This document shows positions 13,981 to 27,270 of a stretch of 64,000 nucleotides of DNA, in pieces (the first letter of the stretch is position 1; each line of letters starts with the position of its first letter). The position numbers were made by a program, and so were the translations under genes. This stretch comes from the human T2T-CHM13v2.0 reference genome, Homo sapiens. The notes under the pieces were generated by a model. That model saw nothing but the letters and a program-made list of their open reading frames with translations. It was not told the DNA's origin and did not search any database. The DNA lies in the NCBI RefSeq assembly GCF_009914755.1, contig NC_060925.1. The stretch is one strand, 5' to 3'.

Positions 13981-14361
13981 TTACTTTATGAATCTGGGTG
14001 CTCCTGTATTGGGTGCATATATATTTAGGATAGTTAGCTCTTCTTGTTGAATTGATCCCTTTACCATTATGTAATGGCCTTCTTTGTCTCTTTTGATCTT
14101 TGTTGGTTTAAAGTCTGTTTTATCAGAGACTAGGATTGCAACCCCTGCCTTTTTTTGTTTTCCATTTGCTTGGTAGATCTTCCTCCATCCTTTTATTTTG
14201 AGCCTATGTGTGTCTCTGCACGTGAGATGGGTTTCCTGAATACAGCACACTGATGGGTCTTGACTCTTTATCCAATTTGCCAGTCTGTGTCTTTTAATTG
14301 GAGCATTTAGTCCATTTACATTTAAAGTTAATATTGTTATGTGTGAATTTGATCCTGTCAT
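13981..14361 (-). pseudogene. L1 ORF2p N-terminal APE-endonuclease fragment (126 aa, premature stop)
   Basis: MTGSNSHITILTLNVNGLNAPIKRHRLANWIKSQDPSVCCIQETHL... canonical ORF2p start; stop after PRFIK. Confidence 0.95.
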
Positions 14362-14424
14362 TATGATGTTAGCTGGTTATTTTGCTCGTTAGTTGATGCA
14401 GTTTCTTCCTAGTCTTGATGGTCT

Positions 14425-15437
14425 TTACATTTTGGCATGATTTTGCAGTGGCTGGTACCGGTTGTTCCTTTCCATGTTTAGTGCTTCCTTCAGGAGCTCT
14501 TTTAGGGCAGGCCTGGTGGTGACAAAATCTCTCAGCATTTGCTTGTCTGTAAAGGATTTTATTTCTCCTTCACTTATGAAGCTTAGTTTGACTGGATATG
14601 AAATTCTGGGTTGAAAATTCTTTTCTTTAAGAATGTTGAATATTGGCCCCCACTCTCTTCTGGCTTGTAGAGTTTCTGCCGAGAGATCTGCTGTTAGTCT
14701 GATGGGCTTCCCTTTGTGGGTAACCTGACCTTTCTCTCTGGCTGCCCTTAGCATTTTTTCCTTCATTTCAACTTTGGTGAATCTGACAATTATGTGTCTT
14801 GGAGTTGCTCTTCTCGAGGAGTATGTTTGTGGCGTTCTCTGTATTTCCTGAATCTGCATGTTGGCCTGCCTTGCTAGATTGGGGAATTTCTCCTGGATAA
14901 TATCCTGCAGAGTGTTTTCCAACTTGGTTCCATTCTCCCCGTCACTTTCAGGTACACCAATCAGACGTAGATTTGGTCTTTTCATATAGTCCCATATTTC
15001 TTGGAGGCTTTGTTTGTTTCTTTTTATTCTTTTTTCTCTAAACTTCCCTTCTCACTTCATTTCATTCATTTCATCTTCCATCACTGATACCTTTTCTTCC
15101 AGTTGATCGCATCAGATCCTGAGGCTTCTGCATTCTTCACGTAGTTCTTGAGCCTTGGCTTTCAGCTCCATCAGCTCCTTTAAGCACTTCTCTGTATTGG
15201 TTATTCTAGTTATACATTCGTCTAAATTTTTTTCAAAGTTTTAACTTCTTTGCCTTTGGTTTGAATTTCCTCCTGTAGCTCGTAGTTTGATTGTCTGAAG
15301 CCTTCTTCTCTCATCTCATCAAAGTCATTCTCCATCCAGCTTTGTTCCATTGCTCGTGAGGAACTGCGATCCTTTGGAGGAGAAGAGGTGCTCTGCTTTT
15401 TAGAGTTTCCAGTTTTTCTGCTGTGTTTTTTCCCCAT
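14425..15437 (-). pseudogene. L1 ORF1p, frameshifted
   Basis: MGKKHSRKTGNSK... (15437-15222, ends out of frame as TLKKI*) and KRPNLRLIGVPESDGENG...QNHAKM (14985-14425). Confidence 0.95.
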
Positions 15438-16470
15438 CTTTGTGGTTTTATCTCCTTTTGGTCTTTGATGATGGTGATGTACAGATGGCTTTTTAGTGTG
15501 GATGTCCTTTCTGTTTGTTAGTTTTCCTTCTAACAGACAGGACCCTCAGCTGCAGGTCTGTTGGAGTTTGCTAGAGGTCCACTCCAGACCCTGTTTGCCT
15601 GGGTATCAGCAGCGGTGTCTGCAGAACAGTGGTTTTTCGTGAACTGCGAATGCTGCTGTCTGATCGTTCCTCTGGAAGTTTTGTCTCAGAGGAGTACCCG
15701 GCTGTGTGAGGTGTCAGTCTGCCCCTACTGGGGGGGTGCCTCCCAGTTAGGCTGCTCAGGGGTCAGGGGTCAGGGACCCACTTGAGGAGGCAGTCTGCCC
15801 GTTCTCAGATCTCCAGCTACGTGCTGGGAGAACCACTGCTCTCTTCAAAGCTGTCAGACAGGGACATTTAAGTCTGCAGAGGTTACTGCTGTCTTTTTGT
15901 TTGTCTGTGCCCTGCCCCCAGAGGTGGAGCCTACAGAGGCAGGCAGGCCTTCTTGAGCTGTGGTGGGCTCCACCCAGTTGGAGCTTCCTGGCTGCTTTGT
16001 TTACCCAAGCAAGCCTGGGCAATGGTGGGTGCCCCTCCCCCAGCCTCGCTGCCACCTTGCAGTTTGATCTCAGACTGCTGTGCTAGCAATCAGCAAGGCT
16101 CCGTGGGCGTAGGACCCTCCGAGCCAGGTGCAGGATATAATCTCCTGGTGTCCGTTATTTAAGCCCATTGGAAAAGCGCAGTATTTGGGTGGGAGTGACC
16201 CGATTTTCCAGGTGCCATCTGTCACCCCTTTCTTTGACTAGGAAAGGGAACTCCCTGACCCCTTGTGCTTCCCGAGTGAGGCAATGCCTCGCCTTGCTTC
16301 GGCTCGCACACGGTGCGCTGCACCCACTGACCTGCGCCCACTGTCTGGCACTCCCTAGTGAGATGAACCCGGTACCTCAGATGGAAATGCAGAAATCACC
16401 CGTCTTCTGCATCGCTCACGCTGGGAGCTATAGACCGGAGCTGTTCCTATTCGGCCATCTTGGCTCCTCC
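15438..16470 (-). promoter_or_regulatory. L1 5'UTR internal promoter (sense) and antisense promoter; YY1 site intact
   Basis: YY1 motif AAGATGGCC at 16453-16461 on the minus strand; CpG-rich relative to flanks. Confidence 0.75.
16022..16162 (+). pseudogene. L1 antisense ORF0 homolog, truncated at 46 aa
   Basis: MVGAPPPASLPPCSLISDCCASNQQGSVGVGPSEPG... matches the ORF0 N-terminus; the C-terminal EKRSIWVGVTRFSRC lies beyond the premature stop, in ORF 16168. Confidence 0.85.
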
Positions 16471-18289
16471 TGGTGGTTTTACTTTCTTATCATTCCTGTG
16501 TTCACTGGAGTAGCACTTTTAATTTCCTTTAAGGACTTTTCCTTGCATTCACAACTTCTCTTAACTGTTTGGTGCAAGAGACTTAGCTTTTGGCCTATTT
16601 CAGTTTTCAATGTGCCTCCCTCACTAAACTTTATTATTTCTAGCTTTTGATTTAAAGTGAGAGACTTGCAACTCTTCCTGCACTTGAACTCTTATAGGCC
16701 ACTGTGGGGTTATTTATTGGCCTAGTTTCTACCTAAAATGTCTCATGGAATAGAGAGGCTTGAGGAGACAGAGATGAGGGATGGGCTGGTCAGTGGAGCA
16801 GTCTGAACACCCACAACATTTAGTAATTAAGTTTGCCATCTTATATGGGTGATGATGCCCCCCTCAAAATTACTATAGTAACATCGAAGATCACTGATTA
16901 CAGATCACCATACCAGATATAACGATAATTTAAAAGTTTGAGGTTTTGTGAGAATTACCAAAATGAGACCCAGAGACACAGTGTGAGCTCATGCTGTTGG
17001 AAAAATGTCACTAACAAACTTGCTTGATACAGGGTTTTCGCAAACCTTAAATTGATAAAAAATGCAATTATTTATGAGGCATAATAAAGTACAATAAAAC
17101 AAAGTACATGTATAATCTAGTTGGCCAAAGTTTACTACATACGCCCTCACAAATAATTCATTTTCAAGAAACTAAACATATGTACAGTATCTTCCATATT
17201 AAGAGGATACTCATTACAATGTAACCTTTTCATTTGTTTGCATTATGATGATTCAGAAGGCACTGGGGGACCCTTTCAAGAATAAGGCAGTGATCCATAC
17301 ATCAGAGATCATGGTACAGTAATGCTGTAAATAGACAGCATAAACAAGATGAATCTGAATCCACTGTCACCCTATCGCATTCTCTGGAAGTTATTTTTCT
17401 AAACCAATTGTGATTACCAGAATCTTCCCTTGCCATTTCTATCTGGCTTAATGAAAGTAAAGCTGGGAATAGTTGTGAAATTTTCACTGCTAGATTGACT
17501 GGAATATACTTGAGTTATGGATATTGGTGTGCAAAGGGCATAAATACACCACAACCAGCCTCTCACCTCTCTCTATCCACCATGACCACCATCACTTCCA
17601 TCCTCTACCCTTACCCTTTGATTTCTTATCATTGCCGTTGAGAAGCCTTGGAGGGCCTGGCTACTGGAGGATTGCAATAATGTGGAATCAGGCAAGTTGC
17701 TGCCTAGGGCAGTAGTAAACTGAGGCTTGGAGTGGGTATGAAGCAAGCCTGAGGAGGAGGAGGGTCTGAACCAGCAAAGTAATGCTGGCAGTTGACTCAA
17801 CAAATCAGTGGGAAGATGTGGTCAATAATCTAAGGAAGAAGACTAGTTCCTGGGAACATCAGGAACAGGTAGAAAAATACACCTTAGGTAGGGTGGGGAG
17901 AGAAGTGTCAAAATTATTGCTCTTATAAGAGCATCAGTCTTATTCATTGCTGCATACCTGGCCTGGCAATGGTCCCTGGGTTAAGACATAGAGCTTGGCC
18001 GAATTGGAAGAAGATACAGAAAACCATGAGGAATGAACTTCTTTCTGACATATCAAAGTGATACAAGGGGTTAGTTGATAAATGTGGAAGTGGGAACCCT
18101 ACAAAGTAAAGTTGCAGATACTTCCCAAATAACTAGGGGACTAAGTTTACAAATGACTGCGTAAAGAAACAAACACCATTAGCTGTTAATTCTGACAGGT
18201 GAGTTTGAATTATAATATCTACTCCAACCACCAACACCAGTATCACCACTGCTACCAACACTTTCCAGGAGTCAGGGCCTGAACTCATT

Positions 18290-18470
18290 TATTTTTGTGT
18301 ATTTATTTAATTCATTATTGATGTAATCTTTTTAATAGTTCTATGATATAAATGTTACCATCCTCATTTTACAGATAAGAAAAATAAAGCTCAGAGATAT
18401 CATCTCTCATCCCAGCAAAAAGCTGGTAAGTGGCTGGTCTAGAATTCAAACCCAGCTTCCACTGAGGCCA
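18290..18470 (-). mobile_element. MIR
   Basis: 'cctcattttacagataagaaaaataaagctcagaga...gctggtaagtggc...aattcaaacccag'. Confidence 0.7.
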
Positions 18471-19049
18471 GAGAGTGGCATCTCATAGGAAATGGGGTTT
18501 ACTTCCATGGGCAAGAATGGGATTCCTATGACCAAGGACAACTCTGGATTTAAAGAAACTTAAAACAAAACAAAATAGTCCCCATGCCTGATCTTCCCAG
18601 CTGGACTCTTCTCAGCTTGGTTTGTGGTTATTTATAGCACTCTACTTACAACTCCAGAGCCACTGGCAATCTTGAGCATGTTATTTAAACTTCCTGAGCC
18701 TTAATTTGCTCTTTTGCTAGAATGAGGCAATTACATTTAACACTCTGAGATTTTTCACCTTTAATACTGATTTTATTCAACATCTGTATCTGCTCTGCAT
18801 GGGACATTTTAGACACTGCTAAAGATACAGAATTGAACGTGGCGGGGCTCGCAACCTCCGTGCTTCTCACCAGGACATGGGCTTTTCCAGAGCACACAGT
18901 ATGTCATTTATCTCTGCACCTCTGCCCAGCCCATCCCCATGCCTACTTCACTGCCCAGGTATTGTAGAGGCTCAATGAATGTTCATCAAAATTACATGAA
19001 AGAAAGGAGCTGCTCACGATAAATAGCACAAAACAGAATGTGGCAAAGA

Positions 19050-19450
19050 TCTTAGAAACCATGCAGTATAATGGGATAGGCCATAGGAAAAGGGCATTAA
19101 TAACCATCTGGAGTGATCAGGAGTCATCTTCCAGGAGGACTCATGAAGGAGTTGGCTTCTGACCTTAAAGGAAAGGAAGAGCCTCAATGGGCAGAAAAGG
19201 GGCAGCATAAAAAATTCTGGAGACAGGAAAGTTCCCTGTCATCCAGTTTTTCTGCCAAGTCGGGTGTGTAAGAGAGTATGGCAGTGCTCAAGACCAGAAA
19301 GATGGGGTTGAATTATTAAGAACCTTAAGTTTTTGTGTTTTAGACTTTAGACTGCTCTGTAGGAAATGAGGAGCCATTGAGGGTTTTTAACACAAGGGTG
19401 GTATAAACAGTTATGTCATATCGAAATTCAACCACTGAGCATTGTGTGAG
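19050..19450 (-). mobile_element. L2 fragment
   Basis: 'ctctgtaggaaatgaggagccattgagggtttttaa' antisense L2 motif. Confidence 0.55.
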
Positions 19451-19684
19451 ACACCTTCAAATATGTTCTATTACTTAATCTTATTTAATTCTTGACTCCA
19501 AACAACTTTGTAAATTAGATAGTTTTATTGTGTGTTAATTACATCTCAATAAAGATATGTAATAAAACACCTCTATTTTTGAGATGAAGTAGTACACAAT
19601 TTCTTAGAAACAAAACAAACAAAAAACAGTCTTCTAAAGCTTCACTTTAACTTTTGTGGGATGCCCTTCTTTACTCTCAAGAAA

Positions 19685-19800
19685 TTAAGAAAAAAGGAAA
19701 GAAAAGAGGGAGAGAGGGAGAAGTGAAGGAAAAGGAGGGAGGGAAAAGGAAAGACAAAAAGAAAGGGAGAAAGGAAGGAAAGAAGGAAGGAAGAAAGACA
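19685..19800 (+). repeat. GA-rich low-complexity polypurine tract
   Basis: aagaaaaaaggaaagaaaagagggagagagggagaag...ggaaggaagaaag. Confidence 0.9.
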
Positions 19801-20511
19801 GGCTTCATACGTTCAAGATTCCATGTCCTCTTTTTGGTAGTATGGGAAGGAACTGTGGCAGAGGGAAAGCCAACTACTGTCTGAGTTAATCTCAGGTCAG
19901 ATGCACTATTACTGAACTTCAGGGTTGTATAACAAAAATCTGTTTCTTTCCATAGCCATCTCCTTAACACAGTGTATGAAAAAAATTGTTTTTAGGTGTC
20001 TTGATTTAATTTAGCAGTTTCTTAAATTCTGTGTATTCTATGTGCCCGAGTAGCCTATGAATTTTTTTTCTTCATGTGGAAATTCAGGGATTGACAATGC
20101 CGTTGTTAAAGCCCTTTTAAAGACAGTTCATTTAGGAAGACTGGTTCCCATTGGACACCCTTGAGGAGTTAGTTGTGTGTGTTAAAGAGATATTTATTCC
20201 CAGATAAATTGGCTTATAAATATGAACCAATTCGTGTAAGGCAATCCACAGAGCAAGCCTTGAGGGAACTGTTCTTTCTACTTTAGGGACTGGCTTCTAT
20301 GAAAGACCTGGTAGGCAGCTCCTCTTCCTATACCTGGCCCTGGATATTTAACTCCCACTGAATGTGGGGAGCTAAATTCCTCTTACTTAACACAGCAGTC
20401 CCGAAGGGCTTGTAAACCCATCATCGGACAGTTGAGTTGAGGAGGTTAAGAAAACTGACATGAAGAGAGGCTTTACAATTCTGTAAGCAATTTTTTATGG
20501 CTAAAGATGTC

Positions 20512-20853
<342 letters not shown>

Positions 20854-22089
20854 TTATTTTAATCATCTCTCCCTTGTCTTGCTGCCCACCAAGAGATAAC
20901 TGACGAGATGGAGCCAGCCCAGCCTGTTCCATGTTGAACAACCCCGGGCTTCATCCTTCAGCTTTTCATTAAAGAACTCCTAGGAAACACATGAAGATGA
21001 GAAAGTTGTAGTCAGGTTAACATGAAATAAAAAATATAAAAAGCCACTCAAGGATGTTAATTTGCATCCTAATGCAAGCCACTCGTTTCAAATGCATCGT
21101 TTAAAGTGTCTTGAAACACTGCAAATTTCCGTTTTTGTCTGGAAATTTTATTTACTGTTAGTTTCTCACTGCTACTAACACTAAAAACCTTTAGAAAACT
21201 CCCAAAGGCTGTGTTCTTCAGGAGAAGGAGGGTGGAGAATCTGTTCTGTGGTGCTCATGGAAGATAGAGCGATAGATGGCCTTGGAAGTGGGGGAGCAGG
21301 GACCTAATCTCTACGAGAGGAGCAGAGGGGGGCTGCCAACAGCAAGCTCGTCTCTGGGAGTCCATAGCATAGGATGCCCAGATCACTGTGGTTTCCTACT
21401 CTTCTCATAGCGATTAGCACTTCTCACCTTGAAGTCCCTGAATTTGAAGTTTTACATAGATTGTATGAGCCTAAACCTCACCCAACCACTGCTCTCAGAG
21501 CAGGAAGCTGGGACTAGAGAGACCTGAGATGCCTATTAAATTGCTAAAACTCACACAGAGTTTAAAGTCTTTAGAACAAAGATATCTTGCTCCTCAGTTT
21601 TATACAGAATTAGAACATGTGGATGCTGTACTCAAGGACTGTCAAGGAAAACCAGACAGCAGAGGCAGTGATGTGAGTTCCAATTCCAGTGTGTCCAGCT
21701 GGCATGTATCCTTTGCTACCTGAGTCCTTTGCAGCACCTTCTGCTCTGCAATACTCCTGCCTTCCGTGTCTACAACTCCAGGAGGCTCTAGAATTCTTTC
21801 TTGGAGCAGGACAACCTGAGGGGCTTGGGCGAAGCCTAAATGACCAACGGGAGCAGTAAACCTCTTGGGATGAGGGCAGCAAGGGCCAACTTGCTGGGCA
21901 TCATCCAACTGAGAAGGAGCTATGTGGATGTCCTTTTCTCTGTTCTGGCTGGGGAAATGGATATGGTGGGCATAGCAAGGAGAGTTAGAATCATAGGTGA
22001 TTAAAGGAGAAGCAGATATGCTTTCTTGGATCCATCAGGTTGTTGGTAAGGACTTAGAATGGTTTACATTGTGGATCCCAACACATAGG

Positions 22090-22450
22090 CTTTGGAATTA
22101 GCCAGAATGCCAGTTCTTCCACTCACCTCCCTGAAGCTCCATCTTCTTATCAGTAAAATCCATGTCACTAACCATTCACTGAATGGTTATTCAGGGCTAA
22201 GCACTATTATAAGGGCTTTACATGCATTAACTCATGTAATCCTCATATGTACCTTACAATGTAGCCTAGAATTTGTGAGCTTCATTCTCCAGATGAAGAC
22301 ATGAAGGCACAGCAAGGCTGAGTAACTTATTCCAAGTCACAAGGCTAACAGATGACAGAGCAAGGATTTGGATCCAGGGGGTCCAGCTTCAGAGTCCATG
22401 CTGTGGACACAACTTTACCTTGTTTCTGCAAGATTGAATGAGACAGCAAA
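22090..22450. mobile_element. MIR (antisense copy nested in or adjacent to a sense MIR)
   Basis: 'ctttacatgcattaactcatgtaatcctca...cagatgaagacatgaaggcacag...agtaacttattccaagtcaca'. Confidence 0.7.
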
Positions 22451-22508
22451 CTCATAGATTCTCCATGAGTAATAATTCTTATCACTCCAAGTTATTAACA
22501 TTGAGCCA

Positions 22509-22860
22509 TGATATGGTTTGGCTGTGTCTCCACCCAAATCTCATCTTGAATTGTAGTTTCCATAATCTCCACGTGTCATGGGAGGGAGCCATTGGGGGAT
22601 GATTGAATCATGGGGGCAGTGACCCCCATGCTGTTCTCGTGATAGTGAGTGAGTTCTCATAAGACCTGATGTTTTTATACGGGGCTTTTTTCCCTTTGCT
22701 TGGCACTTCTTTCTCCTGCCACCTTGTGAAGAAGGATGCGTTTACTTCCCCTTCCACCATGATTGTAAGCTTCCTGAGGCCTTCCCAGCCATGTGGAACT
22801 GTGAGTCAATTAAACCTCTTTCCCAGTTTCTTCGATGCAGTGTGAGAATGGACTAATACA
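22509..22860 (+). mobile_element. THE1 solo LTR (THE1D-like)
   Basis: TG...CA ends 'tgatatggtttggctgtgtc...gactaataca'; perfect 5-bp TSD agcca. Confidence 0.93.
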
Positions 22861-23097
22861 AGCCACTACCTGTTGAGCATAGTTAATAAACAAAACAAAC
22901 TAGTAATTAATGTAATCATTAGCTTCTATCCCAGTGAACTCCAAACATTTTAGTTATGCACCCCAAGTTGTAAAACATTCCTGAACATATATTTGTGTAT
23001 GGATTAGAAAGATGTCCTATTGTGCATATGACCATTATGAAACATGTAGAACTTATAAACTGAAATCGAAAACAAATTTAAAAATAGGAGTTCAATA

Positions 23098-23905
23098 TAG
23101 ATCTACCTCAGAAACATAGTGGGTTTGGTTCCAGATCACTGCAATAAAGCAAATGTCATAATAAAGTGAGTCCCACCAATTTTCTGGATTAGGCTTTGAC
23201 TCTAAGGGAATGTTGTGGCTGGTTTGATCTTTTATTCAGACCACTCTAACTTTCTCGCTATTAGCAAAAGGCTGTTTTGCTTTCTTATCATTCCTGTGTT
23301 CACTGGAGTAGCACTTTTAATTTCCTTCAAGAACTTTTCCTTTGCATTCACAACTTCTGTAACTGGTGCAAGAGGCCTAGCTTTTAGCCCATCTCAGCTT
23401 TCCACATGCCTTCCTCACTAAGCTTAATCATTTCTAGCTTTTGATTTAGAGTAAGAGATGTGACTCTTCCTTTTACTTGAACCTTTAGAAGCCATTGTAG
23501 GGTTATTATTTGGCCTAATTTCAATATGATTGTGCCTCAGGGAATAGGGAGCCAGAGGAGAGAGAAAGAGACAGGGAAACAGTCGGTTGGTGGAGCAGTC
23601 AGAACACACAACATTTATTGATTATGTTCGCTGTCTTACATGGGTGCAGTTCATGGCACCTCAAAACAACTACAATAGTAACCTCAAAGATCCCTGACCA
23701 CAGATCATCATAACAGATATAATAATAATAATAAGGTGTGAAATATTGGGAGAACTACCAAAATGTGAGACAGAGACACAGAGTGAGCATGTGATATTGG
23801 AAAAAGATGGCATCAATAGATTTGCTGTATGCAGAGTTGCCATAAATCTTCAATTTGTAAAAACATGCAATATCTGCAAAGCACAATAAAACAAGGGCAT
23901 GCCTA
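23098..23905 (-). mobile_element. internally deleted Tigger1 derivative
   Basis: Both degenerate termini present; transposase N-terminal homology; junction 'ccaccaattt|tctggattaggc' near 23182. Confidence 0.88.
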
Positions 23906-25282
23906 TAATTATCCCTGCTCTTCAGGGGCATGGATTGCTTACTGTGTTTCGAAGACCACCAACAAGCTCACATTTTCCATTTTGCCCTTAAGAGTTGAAG
24001 AGTCAGCTCTGACCATCTGAGGACTCCTGCCTCGCCACACTGACTTCTGATTCTTTCAGCCCAGGTTACAATCCAGTGGTCAGATGACACAGAGCAGCCG
24101 CTCATGGGGTACCTGGGCCGCTCGTGGGTAGATCTGTGAACCCAGCAATCAGCAATTTCAGCCCCTCTGGTGTTATTCCCCCCTCTGCTCACCAGCCCCC
24201 TGTTCCTGGACCTTCTCAAATGCCCGATGGTGACTGATCCCTCTCTCTCCTTCCCAGTGCTCTGAACAAAAATATTGAGTGTCCTTCTCCTTCCTGAACT
24301 TAAGTCACTTACAGGGCTGTCTGCCTCCCAAGCCTTATCTCCGTTTAAACTTTCAAAGTCTCATTTTCCTCAATAGTCAAATGAGGATGTTAATTTTCTG
24401 TGTATCCAAGTGCTGTGAAGTTGAAATGGGGAACCCTTGCAACCATGCCTCGCATACTACCTAGAGTGCACCAGGCACTCAACAGGGCTCCTACATGGCC
24501 AGGAAGTCTGGATCTAGAAGGGAAGACTCTGTTCTCCCTTATAGGGGAGTAAATAGAAAGAGATGTTACCCTGAAATGATACCATAGCCTGCTAAACCCT
24601 ATCCTAGCCTAATGGCACTGGGCTGACTGCTAATGGCTGGAGGCTGCTCCCCCAAGAGACTCAGTGTGAGTGGTACCAAGAATGGGGATGCTGCCTTTGG
24701 CTTCATCACTTGAAGATGGGACCCTGGCAGTGGCTCCCTCCAGCTTAGTCTTCCAAACCCCAACGCACGCATAGTCATCGGCTCCCCTCCTCCCAGGTCT
24801 CCTTCCGTCCCTGGACCTCCCTGACCATTCAGGAGGCAGGGCCATTCAGAGGCCAGAGAAGGAAGGCGGGGGAAGGCTGCCCCACTGGGCTGAAGGGCAG
24901 CTGTTTATATTATAATTAAGGTTTTACAGCATAAACTGAAATGTAGCTTGACTATTCCTACAAGGCACTGGAGGTAATTACCACTGCTAGAGGCATTCTC
25001 CACTGCCAATTATTTCCCTTCCTAATTGAATAACTTAGGCCACACTGTGGAGGGCCAGTGAAAGGAAGGAGGCCAGCTTTCAAATACGGACACTCCTTCA
25101 GAGGGCTCAAAACAGTGCAAAGCTTAACACACTCTCAGTCCAACCCTGTCTGAGCGTTCTTTCCTAGGAATGTAGCATAGAGGATAGGAATGTTAGTCCC
25201 AGAGTTCTACCATTTACTAGTTCAGGCAGATCAAACTCCCTGCATCTATTTCCTCTTCTATAAAATGGGAATAATTGAAGTT

Positions 25283-26125
25283 CAGGCAGACTGCATTTTA
25301 TTACACTTTTCTTTATTGCGTTTTGCAGATATTACAGTTTTTTTTTTTTACAAATTGAAGGTATGTGTAACCCTGCAGCAAGCAAGTCTGTTGGTGCCAT
25401 TTTTCTAACGGCATGTGCTCGCTTCTTGTCTCTGGGTCATATTTCTCACAATATCTGCGTAATTCTCACAATATCTCAAACTTTTTCGTGATTACTGTAT
25501 CTGTTATGGCAATCTATGACCAGGAATCTTTGATCTTGTTATTGTAATTGTTTTGGGGCAGCATGAACTGCACCAACATATGACAGCAAACTTAATAAAT
25601 AAACGTGTGTGTTCTGCCTGCCCCACTGACTTTCTGTTTTCCCGTCTCTCTCTCTCTGGGCCTCCCTGTTCCCTGAGACACAATAATATTGAATTAGGCC
25701 AGTTAATAACCCTACAATAGCTTCCAAGTGTTCAAGTGAAAGGAAGGGTCACACATTTTCCACGTTAAATCCAAGGCTAGAGATGATTAAGCTCAGTGAG
25801 GAAGGCAAGTCAAAAGCTTAGATAGGCCAAAAGCTAGGCAGGCCTCTTGTGCCAAACAGTTAGCCAAGTTATGAATGCAAAGGAAAAGTTCTTGAAGGAA
25901 ATTAAAAGTGCTACTCCAGTGAACACAGGAATGATAAGAAAGCAAAACAGCCTCATTGCTGATAGGGAGAAAGTGTTAGCGGTCTGGATAAAACATCAAA
26001 CCAGCCACAACATTCCCTTAAGCCGAAGCCTAATCCAAAAAATTCGTGTGACCCATTTTATTGCGGTATTAGCTTTATTGCGGTGGTCTGGAACCAAACC
26101 CGCTGTATTTCCAAGGTATGTCTGT
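25283..26125 (+). mobile_element. internally deleted Tigger1 derivative, inserted into a MIR
   Basis: Starts 'caggcagactgcattttatt', ends 'ccaaggtatgtctg'; ORF 25847 ([33 protein letters not shown]) is the Tigger1 DNA-binding region; MIR halves at about 25170-25282 and 26126-26200. Confidence 0.9.
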
Positions 26126-26894
26126 ATAGACTTCATGGCATTGTTGTGAGAATCAAATGAGATAATAATAATTCTGGCACATAGAGAACATTCAATAATT
26201 CTGGCTTAAGGAGGTGGTTCCAACAGAGGGTGTGACCGTGGAGGTGCAGGCATTTTTCTCTTCCCTGCACAGATGGATGAAACCGAGGCAGAAGTCACAC
26301 CTCAGTCCCACTGAAACAGCTTGGTCTGGGAGTACTAGCAGTAGATAGAAAGCATGCCTCCCTGGCTGAAAAATAATAAATTCCTTTGAGTTACAGAAGA
26401 AATGGCCCCTCCCAAGAAAGTTGGACAGATATTCAAGACATCCAGTCCCTGGGAGTGTTCGCTAGTCCTTTTGCCTCCTCCGTATCCATACATGGTGGCT
26501 GGCATTGTGTACAGGCCTGCGGTGGCTGGTGGCTTCCTCGGCCCCAGGGAAACCCATGATTAATACCAAATACATTTGTTGAGTGCTTTCAACTTTTAAA
26601 ATTTTGTTCTACTCTCATCTCTTTCACACCTCACAACCACCTGGAAAATACAAGTATCCTTCCTGGTTTACAAATGAAAAAAATAGAGACTGAAAGAGAT
26701 TAAATAACTCACAAAGGCTCAATCAAGGAATGAAACACAGCTCTCTGCCTCCAGTTTCTCCCACTGCTCCTCCACAGGAAGGAAGTCCATTCAGCTTTCA
26801 GGGTTCACCACACACTCCCTTCCCAAAGCCCAATTCTTTTGCTACTGAAATTATATAGTGCGTTTAAAACATCACAAAAGCCAGAGATCGTGAA

Positions 26895-27066
26895 TTCTCC
26901 CACTTTAGTGTGCATACAGGTCTCTTGGGGAATGTGTTTACAAATGAAAATTCCAGGGCCACACTCCCAGGAAGTCTGACTCCCTGCATCTAAGATGGGG
27001 CCCAGGAATCTGAAGGTTAACAAGGTCTCCAGGTTTTTCTGATTTCAGCAGTTCAATGAGACTGCA
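26895..27066. mobile_element. MER5-type hAT-Charlie MITE
   Basis: 'aaatgaaaattccagggccacactcccag...ggggcccaggaatctg...ttaacaaggtctccagg'. Confidence 0.65.
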
Positions 27067-27079
27067 ACAGAGGCATATG

Positions 27080-27270
27080 AAAGAGCACTGATGGGACCTC
27101 AGTGAGTTGACTTAATCTTTCCGAACATTCATTTCCTTATATGCAGAGGAAGATAATAATATTTACCTCTGTGAGGTTTTGTGAAAATTAAATGACATAA
27201 TGTATGTAAAGTGTTGTGCACCATGCTTGGCACATAGAAAGTGCTCTGGTGACATCAGTCCTTATTAGCA
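27080..27270 (+). mobile_element. MIR
   Basis: 'acttaatctttccgaacattcatttccttatatgcag...ttgtgaaaattaaatgacataatgtatgtaaagtg...ggcacatag'. Confidence 0.75.
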
